Shown here piece after piece: positions 49,286 to 59,150 of a DNA stretch of 64,000 nt. The DNA is from Patescibacteria group bacterium (GTDB lineage Bacteria > Patescibacteriota > JABMPQ01 > JAQVVF01), in NCBI GenBank assembly GCA_028699085.1, contig JAQVVF010000002.1, positions 132,557 to 196,556 on the forward strand, given 5' to 3'. Positions within the stretch are counted from its first letter, which is position 1. Each line of letters opens with the position of its first letter. Both the position numbers and the translations under genes were made by a program. A model generated the notes under the pieces. That model had not been told where the DNA came from. It worked only from the letters and a program-made list of their open reading frames with translations, and did no database searches.

Positions 49286-49909
49286 ATGATCAAAATTTCA
49301 AAACATTTTTTTATAATTCTAGTTTTAATTTTATCAACTTATCTTTTGATAAATACGCCAACTATAATTAATCAAACAGATTTAAATTTTAAAAAACAAA
49401 AAAAGATTAAACAAGCAACAAAGATTCTTAATCATAAGTCATACAATAACAACACCTTAATCATTCCAAATTTAGGAATTTCTGCGCCAATAAAATTTAT
49501 TAAAAAACCTGCCCGCAATGCTACGCATAGCGTTGCAGGCGGGCAAAATGAAGAAATAATTTTGGAAAATTTGAAAAAGGGGATTGTCCATTTTCCCTTA
49601 ACCTCCAAACCAAACAAAATCGGCAATTCAGTTTATATCGGTCATTCTTCAAATTCTTTATGGAACAGGGGAGATTATGATTCAGTTTTTTTAAATCTAA
49701 ACCAAATAAAAAAAGACAATCTCATCTTTATTGCCTATAATAATAAATTATATAAATATAAAACTTTCCAAAAATTCTACATCAGCCCTTCTGATCTTTC
49801 AATCTTCAATCAAACAAATAATAAAATCATTACTCTTTTAACTTGCTGGCCACCTAACACTACATTCTCTCGTCTCGCAGTCCAGGCAAAACAAATAAAA
49901 TATAAGTAA
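49286..49909 (+). CDS. Sortase family protein
   Basis: N-terminal TM, L.IP.LGI.API, L..GIVH, GN.V..GHS (His), TLLTCWP (Cys), RL (Arg). Confidence 0.9.
   Translation: MIKISKHFFIILVLILSTYLLINTPTIINQTDLNFKKQKKIKQATKILNHKSYNNNTLIIPNLGISAPIKFIKKPARNATHSVAGGQNEEIILENLKKGIVHFPLTSKPNKIGNSVYIGHSSNSLWNRGDYDSVFLNLNQIKKDNLIFIAYNNKLYKYKTFQKFYISPSDLSIFNQTNNKIITLLTCWPPNTTFSRLAVQAKQIKYK
49508..49543 (+). repeat. 36-bp GC-rich palindrome in frame in the sortase gene
   Basis: cctgcccgcaatgcta-cgca-tagcgttgcaggcggg encodes PARNATHSVAGG. Confidence 0.8.
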
Positions 49910-50009
49910 TTTAACAAAAAAAACAAAAAGTGATATTATTAACTATCCCATCTAGTTAGATCTTTTTAAAAAAACAGCCCCCCAAAACCTCAAACAAGGA
50001 GGAGAAAAA

Positions 50010-50300
50010 ATGGCAACAAAAAAGATTTTGTCCAAATTGTTTATTAGCATGATTGCTCTCTTCATTCTGTTTCCATCAATTTCTTTTGCCAAAGGCAGTG
50101 TTTCAGCAACTTTGACTGTCACTGCAACTGTTGTAAAACCAACAACCTTGCAAATTTCCAAAGTTACTACCAAAGGAGTAGTATCAGACAAAACCTCAAC
50201 AGTGACTTATAACGCCGTTTCTGATGTAGAACCAATTATTGAAGTCAAAAAAGAAATCATCAAAGGGCAATTTGTCGAAATTGTGACTATAACTTTCTAG
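50010..50300 (+). CDS. Small secreted beta-rich protein, paralog 1 of 3
   Basis: Signal peptide ending SFA; SATLTVTATVVKP ... EIVTITF; AAGGAGG SD. Confidence 0.8.
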   Translation: MATKKILSKLFISMIALFILFPSISFAKGSVSATLTVTATVVKPTTLQISKVTTKGVVSDKTSTVTYNAVSDVEPIIEVKKEIIKGQFVEIVTITF

Positions 50301-50330
50301 AAATTCCGCAGAAAAAAGGAGAATAAAATA

Positions 50331-50618
50331 ATGACAAAAAAAAGATTGCTTGAATTGCTCATCGCAACATTTGCCTTCCTCATTTTCTTGCCAACAGCTT
50401 CTTTTGCCCAAGGCAGTGGTTCAGGAACAATGATTGTCACTGCAACTCCCGTAAAACCAACAACTTTGCATCTCTCCAAAGCTACTGTCAAAAGAATCGT
50501 CTCCGACAAAACTGTATCAATTAGTTACAATGCCATTTCTGATCTATCGCCAGTAATTGAAGTAAAAAAAGAAATCATCAAAGGACAGTTTGTCGAAATT
50601 GTGACTGTAACTTTCTAG
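50331..50618 (+). CDS. Small secreted beta-rich protein, paralog 2 of 3
   Basis: SGTMIVTATPVKP ... EIVTVTF; AAAGGAG SD. Confidence 0.8.
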   Translation: MTKKRLLELLIATFAFLIFLPTASFAQGSGSGTMIVTATPVKPTTLHLSKATVKRIVSDKTVSISYNAISDLSPVIEVKKEIIKGQFVEIVTVTF

Positions 50619-50646
50619 AAATTCCATAGAAAAAAGGAGAAAAAAA

Positions 50647-50940
50647 ATGGCAACAAAAAAAATATTGTCAGGATTATTCTTTGCAATTATCGCCTTCCTC
50701 ATCTTTTTGCCAGCAACTTCTTTTGCCAAAGGCAGTGCTTCAGGAACAATGATCGTCAGTGTCACTGGCGCAGCAAAACCAAAAACATTACAAATCTCCA
50801 AAGCTACTGTCAAAAACATGGCTTCTGATGAAACAATAGAAATCAGATATAATCCAGTATCAGATATAAAACCGCTAATCGAAATCACAAAAAAAATCAT
50901 CAGAGATCAATTTGTTGAAACCATTACTATAATTTTCTGA
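50647..50940 (+). CDS. Small secreted beta-rich protein, paralog 3 of 3
   Basis: SGTMIVSVTGAAKP ... ETITIIF; AAAGGAG SD. Confidence 0.8.
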   Translation: MATKKILSGLFFAIIAFLIFLPATSFAKGSASGTMIVSVTGAAKPKTLQISKATVKNMASDETIEIRYNPVSDIKPLIEITKKIIRDQFVETITIIF

Positions 50941-50988
50941 AATTCCTGCTTTTTAAAAATCAAAAACCCCACTTTAATGGGGCTTTTT

Positions 50989-52359
50989 TTATTTCTCTAT
51001 TTTTTTAACTTCAGCTCTCGCTTTTTTACCTGCATCAATTATATTTTTTGTTTTTTCTTTTTTATTTGAAACTTTGGCACTATTTTCATTAAATTTTTTC
51101 TTCATCACTTCCTTATAATCTTTTGTTTCTTTCCATAATTTAAAAGGAATAGTATAGCTTACTGCTTTTCCATATTTCAAAGAATAAGCAATTTGTTTTG
51201 TATTATATCCGCCATAAATATAAGCATTTTTCAAATTAATCCATTTCCAAGTATATGCTTTTGGCAAATATTTTGCTCGATCTTTTTTGGTCTTAAAATA
51301 ATTTTTCTTTAAGTTTTTTGTTAATTCAGCAACTAAAACTTTTTGTTCTGCTTTAGTAATCTTTTTCTTCCCGTATGGTCCAATTTTAATATTAGTATAC
51401 CAACCCCAAGCTGGTTTTGGTTGCATATCTTTTTTCAGCAAACCAAAATGATCTTCATATAATCCACGATAATCGTAGTTTCTAATATTATAAAGTAAAA
51501 TTGTTTCTACGTATTTGCGTCTTAATATTTCTGGAATTGCATTTTCAAAATATTCTTTTTGCATTTGATCTGTAATTCCTGTACCGCCAGTTGAAGCGCC
51601 CATTTCTGTGATCCAGATCTTATGATTTTTTTTATACTTTTTCATTATCAAGCTTGCTCGATCTAAATCAGATAACAATGCATTCAAGCTTCTGCCTTCT
51701 AAAAAATATTGATTAGCATAATACAAATGGATGCCTAATCCATCAAAATAGTTTCCATATTTTTGATACATTTGTTCGATAAAATGTGGATTTGGCCAAG
51801 ATAATCCGCCTGTAATTACTATCGCATCTGGATCAACCATTTTTATAACAGTATAAGCAGGTTTCAAAATCATTCCATAAGCTTTTGGATTATTAGGAGT
51901 CAAATAAGTAGGTGAGTCAGGTTCATTCCAAACTTCCCAAACATCCACATAATCTTTATAACGATCCGCAACTAGCGCCACAAATTCACGCCAGATTACT
52001 TCATTTGGTACACGAAAATCATCATGATCTTTATTATATGCCAACATACCGACTACTTTGATGTTTTGTTTTTTATAATCCTCCATTATCAAATCATAAC
52101 GATTTAGCCATGCATCAATATCATTGCCCCATAAAGATTCCATCTGAAAATGCTCTCGAACAATCTTAGTTTTGCTATCTTTTAATCTAATATCATAATC
52201 ATCATCCAAGCCATCATTATCTCCGCCTAAAACCCAATGCACATTCAAACCTACCTTGTCTTTATAAGGAATAGGATTTACCTTAGCTAAGCCAAAACCT
52301 GGCAAAAACACGCTTGCTAGAAATAGCACTAAAGTTGTCAAAATAAGGCTCTTTTTCAT
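50989..52359 (-). CDS. Secreted clan GH-A glycoside hydrolase (GH39/GH5-like) with Lys-rich C-terminus
   Basis: WEVWNEPD (acid/base), H.Y, IWITEMG (nucleophile), FGLL...PKPA. Confidence 0.85.
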   Translation of the reverse strand: MKKSLILTTLVLFLASVFLPGFGLAKVNPIPYKDKVGLNVHWVLGGDNDGLDDDYDIRLKDSKTKIVREHFQMESLWGNDIDAWLNRYDLIMEDYKKQNIKVVGMLAYNKDHDDFRVPNEVIWREFVALVADRYKDYVDVWEVWNEPDSPTYLTPNNPKAYGMILKPAYTVIKMVDPDAIVITGGLSWPNPHFIEQMYQKYGNYFDGLGIHLYYANQYFLEGRSLNALLSDLDRASLIMKKYKKNHKIWITEMGASTGGTGITDQMQKEYFENAIPEILRRKYVETILLYNIRNYDYRGLYEDHFGLLKKDMQPKPAWGWYTNIKIGPYGKKKITKAEQKVLVAELTKNLKKNYFKTKKDRAKYLPKAYTWKWINLKNAYIYGGYNTKQIAYSLKYGKAVSYTIPFKLWKETKDYKEVMKKKFNENSAKVSNKKEKTKNIIDAGKKARAEVKKIEK

Positions 52360-52460
52360 AATGTCTAAGTATATAACATAATAATGATTTTGTCAAATTC
52401 TGATACTAAAAAAAATACTTAAAATTGACATCTTTTTTTCTTTAAAATACGCTAAATTAT

Positions 52461-52811
52461 TCACTTCAAATCATTATCACAAATACTCGACAATAAGATT
52501 GCTTGATCATGAAAAGCCTGCAGAGCCACTTGATATGCTTTTTTGCCTTTTTTAGTTAATGAATAAACTTTCTTTTTCTTTTTACCAATCGCTACTTCAT
52601 TCTTTTCAACATACTTGCCTCTTAATAATAGATTTAAAGTTGGATATATTGTCCCAAAAGATGGGGAACAATAACCAAAAGAATTGCGAAAAACTAAAGA
52701 AGCAAGTTCATATCCATAACATTCTTTATCATACAGTGCTGACAAAATAAAAAATTTCGTAATTGATTTTTTAATTAAATCGTCCCAATATTTTTTTGTT
52801 TCCAGTTTCAT
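52461..52811 (-). CDS. PadR family transcriptional regulator
   Basis: YGYEL, GTIYPTL..L, KVYSLT.KG. Confidence 0.88.
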   Translation of the reverse strand: MKLETKKYWDDLIKKSITKFFILSALYDKECYGYELASLVFRNSFGYCSPSFGTIYPTLNLLLRGKYVEKNEVAIGKKKKKVYSLTKKGKKAYQVALQAFHDQAILLSSICDNDLK

Positions 52812-53290
52812 ATTTTATATAGTTATCCAATATATTGTCTATCGATATATATTATATAATAATTAAATTAATTTATTAAATAATTATCCACAAAAATAAA
52901 ATGGGGAATAGGATTTTTTTTAAAAACCAACTCAAATATCAATTATTATTTATAATAATCAATAAAAAATATTAATATTATTCTCTTTTCTCGCTTCTGA
53001 CTTCTCTATAGATAAAACTGCTACTTTGATTTTCTCATAAATATAAAATCACTAAAATCATAAAATTTTTGAATTTTGAAATTAGATATTAATAAATTGA
53101 ATGGAAATTAAGAATTAGAAATTAAAAATTAACGTTTTATTTAACAAAAAACTTTTTTATTCAAAAAATAAATAAAAATTGCAATGGGGAAGTGCAGGGG
53201 ATTTGTTTTTTTCGCTCTACTCTTCTCTATTCCCTATTTTTAATACTTTATTTTAATTTTTTTATACAAAATGCTATACTATATCTAACA

Positions 53291-54127
53291 ATGAAAAAAT
53301 ATCTAATTATTTTTGGCTTGATAATTGTCTTTGCAACAGTTATGTATACCTCCTACTCCCAAAAAAAGCCAAACAAAACAAATTCACAAAAAGCAAGCGG
53401 TGCCTTAATTAAACATCTAAAAATTGATCCGGAAATTATTGATCGTGAAACAAGAGTGCCAATTATTCTCTATCATTATGTTAGAGACATCGCTCCTCAA
53501 CCAGACAATTTAGGCTGGGGTCTTTCTGTCCCTCCATCTACCTTCCAACAACAAATGGATTATTTAGTCAAAGAAAATTATACAACCATTACTCCAAATA
53601 ATCTTTATCAATATCTAAAGTATGGAACACCATTGCCACCAAAACCAATTATGCTCACTTTTGATGATGGCTATTTAGATTTTTTTGAAGAAGTCTTTCC
53701 TGTCCTTCGCGATAATCATTTGACTGCCACCAACTTTATTATTTCCAATTTTCTTGGACGAGAACAATATCTTGATTGGTATCACTTAAAATATATGGTA
53801 GCATCTGGCAGAGTTTTTGTTGGAGGACATACCTTGAATCACATGAAATTAACCGAAGTTAATTCAGAACAGCTAGATCAAGAAATTGCAATTAACAAAG
53901 CATCTTTAGAAGAAGGATTAGATACAAAAATTGACTATTTCGCCTATCCTTATGGTAGCTATGATGATAATGTTTTAAATGCGCTCAAAAAAAATAAATA
54001 CAAAGCTGCTTTTACAACTGAAAATGGCAATATCCATAAAACCAGCCAATTATTAAAATTGCCAAGAATCAAAGTCGGAGGCGGAGATACTGTCCAAACC
54101 TTTGCTGAAAAAATTAAAACTGAATAA
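53291..54127 (+). CDS. Polysaccharide deacetylase (CE4, PgaB/IcaB-like)
   Basis: PIILYH, LTFDDGY, GHT..H, FAYPYG, LPR; ATG at 53291 with N-terminal anchor. Confidence 0.9.
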   Translation: MKKYLIIFGLIIVFATVMYTSYSQKKPNKTNSQKASGALIKHLKIDPEIIDRETRVPIILYHYVRDIAPQPDNLGWGLSVPPSTFQQQMDYLVKENYTTITPNNLYQYLKYGTPLPPKPIMLTFDDGYLDFFEEVFPVLRDNHLTATNFIISNFLGREQYLDWYHLKYMVASGRVFVGGHTLNHMKLTEVNSEQLDQEIAINKASLEEGLDTKIDYFAYPYGSYDDNVLNALKKNKYKAAFTTENGNIHKTSQLLKLPRIKVGGGDTVQTFAEKIKTE

Positions 54128-54182
54128 TTAGCCAAATTAAAAATACCGAATTAAATCGGTATTTTTTAATCCAAATTTTATC

Positions 54183-54557
54183 TTATTTTTTCATATAATC
54201 TTGTATTGCTTGATGCAACACAGATGCCGCAAAATTAGAACATAATAATTTTTGTGCTGGCATTCCTCCCAATGCTTTGACAACATCAATATCAGTTATC
54301 TTTAAAGCTTCGTCAACCGTTTTATTCATTGCCAAACTAGTTAACATCGAACTTGCAGCCATACTCGCCACGCAACCTAAAGTTTGAAATTTAATATCTT
54401 TAATAATATTATTTTCGATTCTAAGAGTTAATTTGATTGTATCGCCACAAAGCGATTTTTTATTTGCTGACATGGCAAAAGCATTATAGCCTTTCACTTC
54501 ACCAACATTTCTAGGATGTTCAAAATGATCCAAAACTAATTTCGTATATTTTTCCAT
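54183..54557 (-). CDS. iscU: IscU/NifU-like Fe-S scaffold protein
   Basis: Y...V.DHF..PRNVG, CGD, GC, K..CS. Confidence 0.85.
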   Translation of the reverse strand: MEKYTKLVLDHFEHPRNVGEVKGYNAFAMSANKKSLCGDTIKLTLRIENNIIKDIKFQTLGCVASMAASSMLTSLAMNKTVDEALKITDIDVVKALGGMPAQKLLCSNFAASVLHQAIQDYMKK

Positions 54558-54574
54558 AACACAAATTATTTACA

Positions 54575-54604
54575 CGAAGGCGAGAAATCGATTTCTCGCC
54601 TTCG
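54575..54604. repeat. Perfect 30-bp palindrome
   Basis: cgaaggcgagaaatc|gatttctcgccttcg; no U-tract in the transcribed (minus) direction. Confidence 0.8.
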
Positions 54605-54614
54605 CTTTAAAAAC

Positions 54615-56339
54615 TCATAATTTAAAATTTCTCGCTTTTTTCGCTGCATCTTCCCTAGCCTTTTCCGCATAAGCAAAAGGACTTTCTTTAACTTCAGCAA
54701 TTGAAGTCAAACCTTTCTGCTTTGTCAAAACTAAATTCCTTGGTTTTACAGTTGAACCAACTTTTTTTCCAACATCCAATGACAAAGCTTTCATTAAATC
54801 AACATCATGAGTTGAAATAACTAAAGCTCCAGGAAAATTCTGCATTGCTTTAGTAATTCTTGCTTGTAATTGTCGATCCATGTGATTTGTCGGCTCATCT
54901 AAAACTAGAACATCAACATTTTCAACAGAGCTTACAGCCAAAAACCAAAGCAATCTTTGTTCTCCGCCAGAGAATGTACTTAACTTTCTTTTTAACCACG
55001 AAGCCTCAAATTTCTTTCCGCCACCGAAACTTAAATCTCTCGCTTCTTGCGAAAATCTTCCAGGTTGAACATTGCTATGAGGATCAACACTTTCTTTTAC
55101 CCAAGAAAAAAAGTCATCTAATGTTCCAGATGCAATCTCTTCTGGCCAAAACTGCGGCATATATGCAAAATTTATACCCTTTAACTTGTCAAAGCTTTGC
55201 AGATTCTTACCACGTCCTTCAACCAAAGCTTCCATTAATTTTGTTTTTCCTGTCCCATTTTCGCCAGATAAAAATACTACTTCGCCAGCTTGAACAGAAG
55301 GAAATTTAACTTTTTTTAAAGGAGAATTAGGAACAGTCAACCATTCTGGAGCACTGATTACTGATTCGCCATGTGTCCATTTCTTTTTCCTCCATTCTAT
55401 ATCTCCAGAAATAACAGAAAAATTTTTCCTTGATCGATCTTTCAAATATTTTTCATAAGTTGTTGTCGATTGTCTGACTTCTCTTCCTTTTTCATCAGCT
55501 GCTGCTTCAATCACACCATCAGATCCTGCACCTCGAAGAAACCAATCAACATGACTAATACTAGCAATTGATGTGCCTGCTTTTTTATAAACATCAAACA
55601 ATGCAGTCAATTTTGCAATACTTACCATATCTAAATGGTTTGTTGGCTCATCCAATAGCAAAACATCTGGCTCTGATGCTAGAACAGTCAGCAAAACAAC
55701 TTTTGTTCTTTCTCCGCCAGATAGTTGATTAACTTTGCGATCTAAAAATTCCTCCATATTAAATAAGGAAGCAACCTTTGAAATCAATTCTTCAATTCTT
55801 CGATGTGCTTCTTCATTTGCTGTATTTTGTTCAAAAAGATCAACGTCTTCCCAATTAATCGGTAATTGCTTTTTAAAATATTCTGCCGACTGAGCTAAAA
55901 CATCTCTAGCTTTCATATCGCCAATTTGTCCCAATATTTCTTCCTGATTCAACCTCGCAATTCTTAATTTTTCTCTAGAACGTTCAGATTTTCCATAGAT
56001 CATTCCTCCTGCGCCACCTTTTGTTTCAAAATCAGCATTTCTAATTTCCATTAAAGCATCAAAGATAGTTGTTTTACCAGAACCATTCGGACCAATAACA
56101 ACAACACTCTTGCCTGCTTCTAAAGCAAGTCGATCTACTTTCATTGCTGGATCACAACGATTTATTTCAGAATTAACTGCTCCAACCATAGCACCCAAAC
56201 TCCTCGTTTTTTCAACATTTCCTTTGCCACCTGGCTCTTTATCAACGATATGCAAATCCAAAGCTCTTTTTAATTCTGGATTTATTTCACCCTCCAAATA
56301 TTGTTCCATTCCTTCCATTTCTCTTGATGCTAATACCAT
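54615..56339 (-). CDS. ABC-F-like dual-ATPase protein
   Basis: Two ABC cassettes (GPNGSGKT/LSGGE/LDEPTNHLD; GENGTGKT/FSGGE/LDEPTNHMD) and no TM segments. Confidence 0.85.
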   Translation of the reverse strand: MVLASREMEGMEQYLEGEINPELKRALDLHIVDKEPGGKGNVEKTRSLGAMVGAVNSEINRCDPAMKVDRLALEAGKSVVVIGPNGSGKTTIFDALMEIRNADFETKGGAGGMIYGKSERSREKLRIARLNQEEILGQIGDMKARDVLAQSAEYFKKQLPINWEDVDLFEQNTANEEAHRRIEELISKVASLFNMEEFLDRKVNQLSGGERTKVVLLTVLASEPDVLLLDEPTNHLDMVSIAKLTALFDVYKKAGTSIASISHVDWFLRGAGSDGVIEAAADEKGREVRQSTTTYEKYLKDRSRKNFSVISGDIEWRKKKWTHGESVISAPEWLTVPNSPLKKVKFPSVQAGEVVFLSGENGTGKTKLMEALVEGRGKNLQSFDKLKGINFAYMPQFWPEEIASGTLDDFFSWVKESVDPHSNVQPGRFSQEARDLSFGGGKKFEASWLKRKLSTFSGGEQRLLWFLAVSSVENVDVLVLDEPTNHMDRQLQARITKAMQNFPGALVISTHDVDLMKALSLDVGKKVGSTVKPRNLVLTKQKGLTSIAEVKESPFAYAEKAREDAAKKARNFKL

Positions 56340-56356
56340 AAAATTATTCTTAATAA

Positions 56357-58264
56357 TTATTTTAATCTTGTAATAATTAATGAATGAGCTGCTTCATCAG
56401 GCCCCAGCTCATCATCATTATACGATCCAAGATTTTCATCTTCTTCATCTTGCTCAATTAAATCATAGCTAGTAGAATAATTACGTTTTCCTTTTCTAAA
56501 TTCATATTCTATCAAACCCTCTGCACGCAAAGACTTCAAAGCTTCAGTCAATCCATTTGAGTCGAATCCTTGATTTTGTCCACCAAAATAAATATATTGG
56601 TTTACAGGTCCAAGGATATATTTTCCTCCAACTGTCAAAAAATTTATTGCCTTTGTAATATCTTTACTAAAACCATTACGGTCCATTCTATTCCATCCGT
56701 GCATAGTTACTGAAGTCAAAGCTAAAATACGATCCTGTGGATCCAACCCAGACATATCATAGGGGAAAAAACCATGTACCGGAACTGCTTTCTGAGTATG
56801 CTGGACAAAAAAACGATCTCTAACCATTGCTTCCTCAAAAGAACGTAAATATGCAAACAAGCTCTTTTCATTCAAAGGTATCTTATCTTCTTGTATTTTA
56901 TCATATAAAGATTTTAATTTTGGCCAAAATTCCTTCCCATAAATCAACATATTTTCTGTCTGCCTCATTATCGTTTCTAAAAACTTTCTAGTTCGCAAGT
57001 TAACTGGGTAGCCAGGAACGAATACTCCAAAAGCGCCATCCGACATTAATCCTGTTGACCTTGCTTCAGCAATATCTGAATCATATAAAGGATCTTGAAA
57101 ATTATTTGGATCAACAAAGGCAATCATATCATAATAAAAGTTCTCTAAATAATTCATTCCATTTGTAACTAATTGCGCAGATTTACCTCTTGGCAATTCC
57201 TCAAGCCAATATTCAACTTGTTCTATCATTCTATCCAAATCTGGAACCTTATCTTTTAAACGTTCTCTTGGAAAATTAGACAAGTATTTCTTCCAACGTA
57301 TTATGAAATCATCCCATTTTTCTGGCTGATCCTTGTAACTCATAATTTCTTGTTTACACTGAAAAAAATCTCTCAATCCTTTTTTCCCTTCATCATAATC
57401 AAAATCATTTTCAAAATCATCAATCGCCCAAGTACCATTTATCAATTTTTTAATTTTTGCCCTCAGTTCCCACACTCTAACTTCAAAAGATTTTTCCTCA
57501 GCTGCTTCTAAAGTCCTCTGAAATTCCAAAGAAGCAACAATATCTCCCATCAATTCTATTCCTTTATTAACCATCAAACAATATGGACTACCGTATTCTG
57601 GCGTTGCCATACCATGCATTCTTTTAAGCGCCGAAAAATCTTCATCGTATAGCGATGAAAGCCAATTCTTTGTAATGTCTTTTTTATCATTGCCTGTATT
57701 TTTTTCTATCGCCAACCTCAATATCGGAGGCATAATCTCATCAGCATATTCATATTCAATTATAGTTACACCTTCTTTGTCACAAGCTTGATATGGATCA
57801 CCAATTACCGCAATCTTTGCACCTTTTGGCCAAACTTCGCTTTTTGGTAAATCAAACAACTCTGGGTACATCCAAGCAGGTCGAGATTTTACTTTCTTTG
57901 CTGATTCACTTGCATCTTGCAACCATTCTTCTTCATATCTAGATGGAATACGTAATGAAGTTAGTTCTTTATTATTGCCAGAAAAACGATAAACGCCTTT
58001 CTCATCTTCCAGATTTAATACTAAATAATATCTTTTATCACTATCTTCTGATTCATTTTCGCAATCCAGTTCTTTAGCATATATCAAACCATTATAATCT
58101 CTCAAATCTGCCTCTTTTGTCCCTACGTACTTATATCCCCATTTTCTAAAATCACTTGAATTGTTTTGAACTATTCTTTCGATATCAACCTCATCTAAAA
58201 AATCATTGCGCTTAAAATCTCCAGTTAACTGAGCTGGTAATTCTTCTTCAAAATTTTCTCGCAT
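56357..58264 (-). CDS. Large acidic hypothetical protein
   Basis: 635-aa open frame with tight operon-like spacing; no motif recognised. Confidence 0.75.
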   Translation of the reverse strand: MRENFEEELPAQLTGDFKRNDFLDEVDIERIVQNNSSDFRKWGYKYVGTKEADLRDYNGLIYAKELDCENESEDSDKRYYLVLNLEDEKGVYRFSGNNKELTSLRIPSRYEEEWLQDASESAKKVKSRPAWMYPELFDLPKSEVWPKGAKIAVIGDPYQACDKEGVTIIEYEYADEIMPPILRLAIEKNTGNDKKDITKNWLSSLYDEDFSALKRMHGMATPEYGSPYCLMVNKGIELMGDIVASLEFQRTLEAAEEKSFEVRVWELRAKIKKLINGTWAIDDFENDFDYDEGKKGLRDFFQCKQEIMSYKDQPEKWDDFIIRWKKYLSNFPRERLKDKVPDLDRMIEQVEYWLEELPRGKSAQLVTNGMNYLENFYYDMIAFVDPNNFQDPLYDSDIAEARSTGLMSDGAFGVFVPGYPVNLRTRKFLETIMRQTENMLIYGKEFWPKLKSLYDKIQEDKIPLNEKSLFAYLRSFEEAMVRDRFFVQHTQKAVPVHGFFPYDMSGLDPQDRILALTSVTMHGWNRMDRNGFSKDITKAINFLTVGGKYILGPVNQYIYFGGQNQGFDSNGLTEALKSLRAEGLIEYEFRKGKRNYSTSYDLIEQDEEDENLGSYNDDELGPDEAAHSLIITRLK

Positions 58265-58275
58265 AATTTCTTAAT

Positions 58276-59097
58276 TTATTTATTATATCCCTTCAAAATA
58301 AACACTCTATAAAAAGATACTACCAAAATAAAAATTACTGTCCCACACAAAACAATCACTGCTCCACTTGGCAAATCAAAAACATAAGATAAAATCAAAC
58401 CAGACAAAACAGTAATTTCTCCAATTATAATACTTAAAATAATTAACGATTTAAATGACTTAGAAACAATTTTTGCTGTTGAAGCTGGAATTATCAATAA
58501 AGCAGAAACTAATATGATTCCTAAAATTTTTACTCCCAAAACAATTGCGATTGCCAAAAAAACATTAAATAATATTTCAAACAACGAGACATTAATTCCT
58601 GCTAAATAAGCGCCTTCTTTATCAAAAGCAACTAAAGATAATTTTTTATAAAATATAGCTAAAAATATTATTACCACAACAGAAATACTCGCCATCAAAA
58701 TCAAATCATTTATACTAACTGCTAAAATATTACCAAACATAAAACTAATCAAATCAGGCTGATAACCTGATTTAAAGCTCATTAATACAACGCCCAAAGC
58801 TAGACTCGCAGTAAACAAAATTCCAATTATTGCATCAACTGACAGCTTAGTCTTTTTTTCTAAAACATAAATTAATAAAGCAATAATTACACTATAAAAT
58901 ATTGCAATGACCAATGGGTTTAAAGATGCTAAAAGACCAATTGCAATTCCAGCTAATGATGCATGTGCAATTCCATCACCTAAGAAAGACATTCTTTTTA
59001 AGACTGCAAAAACTCCCAAAAATGCCAAAAGCACTGCTAGAATGATTCCAGCAATCAACGCCCTTTGCATAAATGGAAATTGTAGAATTTCGATCAT
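58276..59097 (-). CDS. znuB: Zn/Mn ABC transporter permease
   Basis: FMQRAL.AG, GDGIAHASLAG, GIILVSALLIIPA. Confidence 0.9.
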   Translation of the reverse strand: MIEILQFPFMQRALIAGIILAVLLAFLGVFAVLKRMSFLGDGIAHASLAGIAIGLLASLNPLVIAIFYSVIIALLIYVLEKKTKLSVDAIIGILFTASLALGVVLMSFKSGYQPDLISFMFGNILAVSINDLILMASISVVVIIFLAIFYKKLSLVAFDKEGAYLAGINVSLFEILFNVFLAIAIVLGVKILGIILVSALLIIPASTAKIVSKSFKSLIILSIIIGEITVLSGLILSYVFDLPSGAVIVLCGTVIFILVVSFYRVFILKGYNK

Positions 59098-59150
59098 TTT
59101 TAATTTTTACTTGCAACTTTTACCTTTTTACTTTTGACTTTTTACTTTTT

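Noticed and set aside
50010-50940. Triplet as classical sortase substrates or a diversity-generating retroelement target
   Set aside because: No LPXTG-TM-basic tail, differences are not adenine-specific, and no reverse transcriptase is present.
52812-53290. Possible replication origin (AT-rich gap with one perfect DnaA box)
   Set aside because: Only one perfect box, no dnaA/dnaN nearby, and no visible switch in gene orientation or skew.
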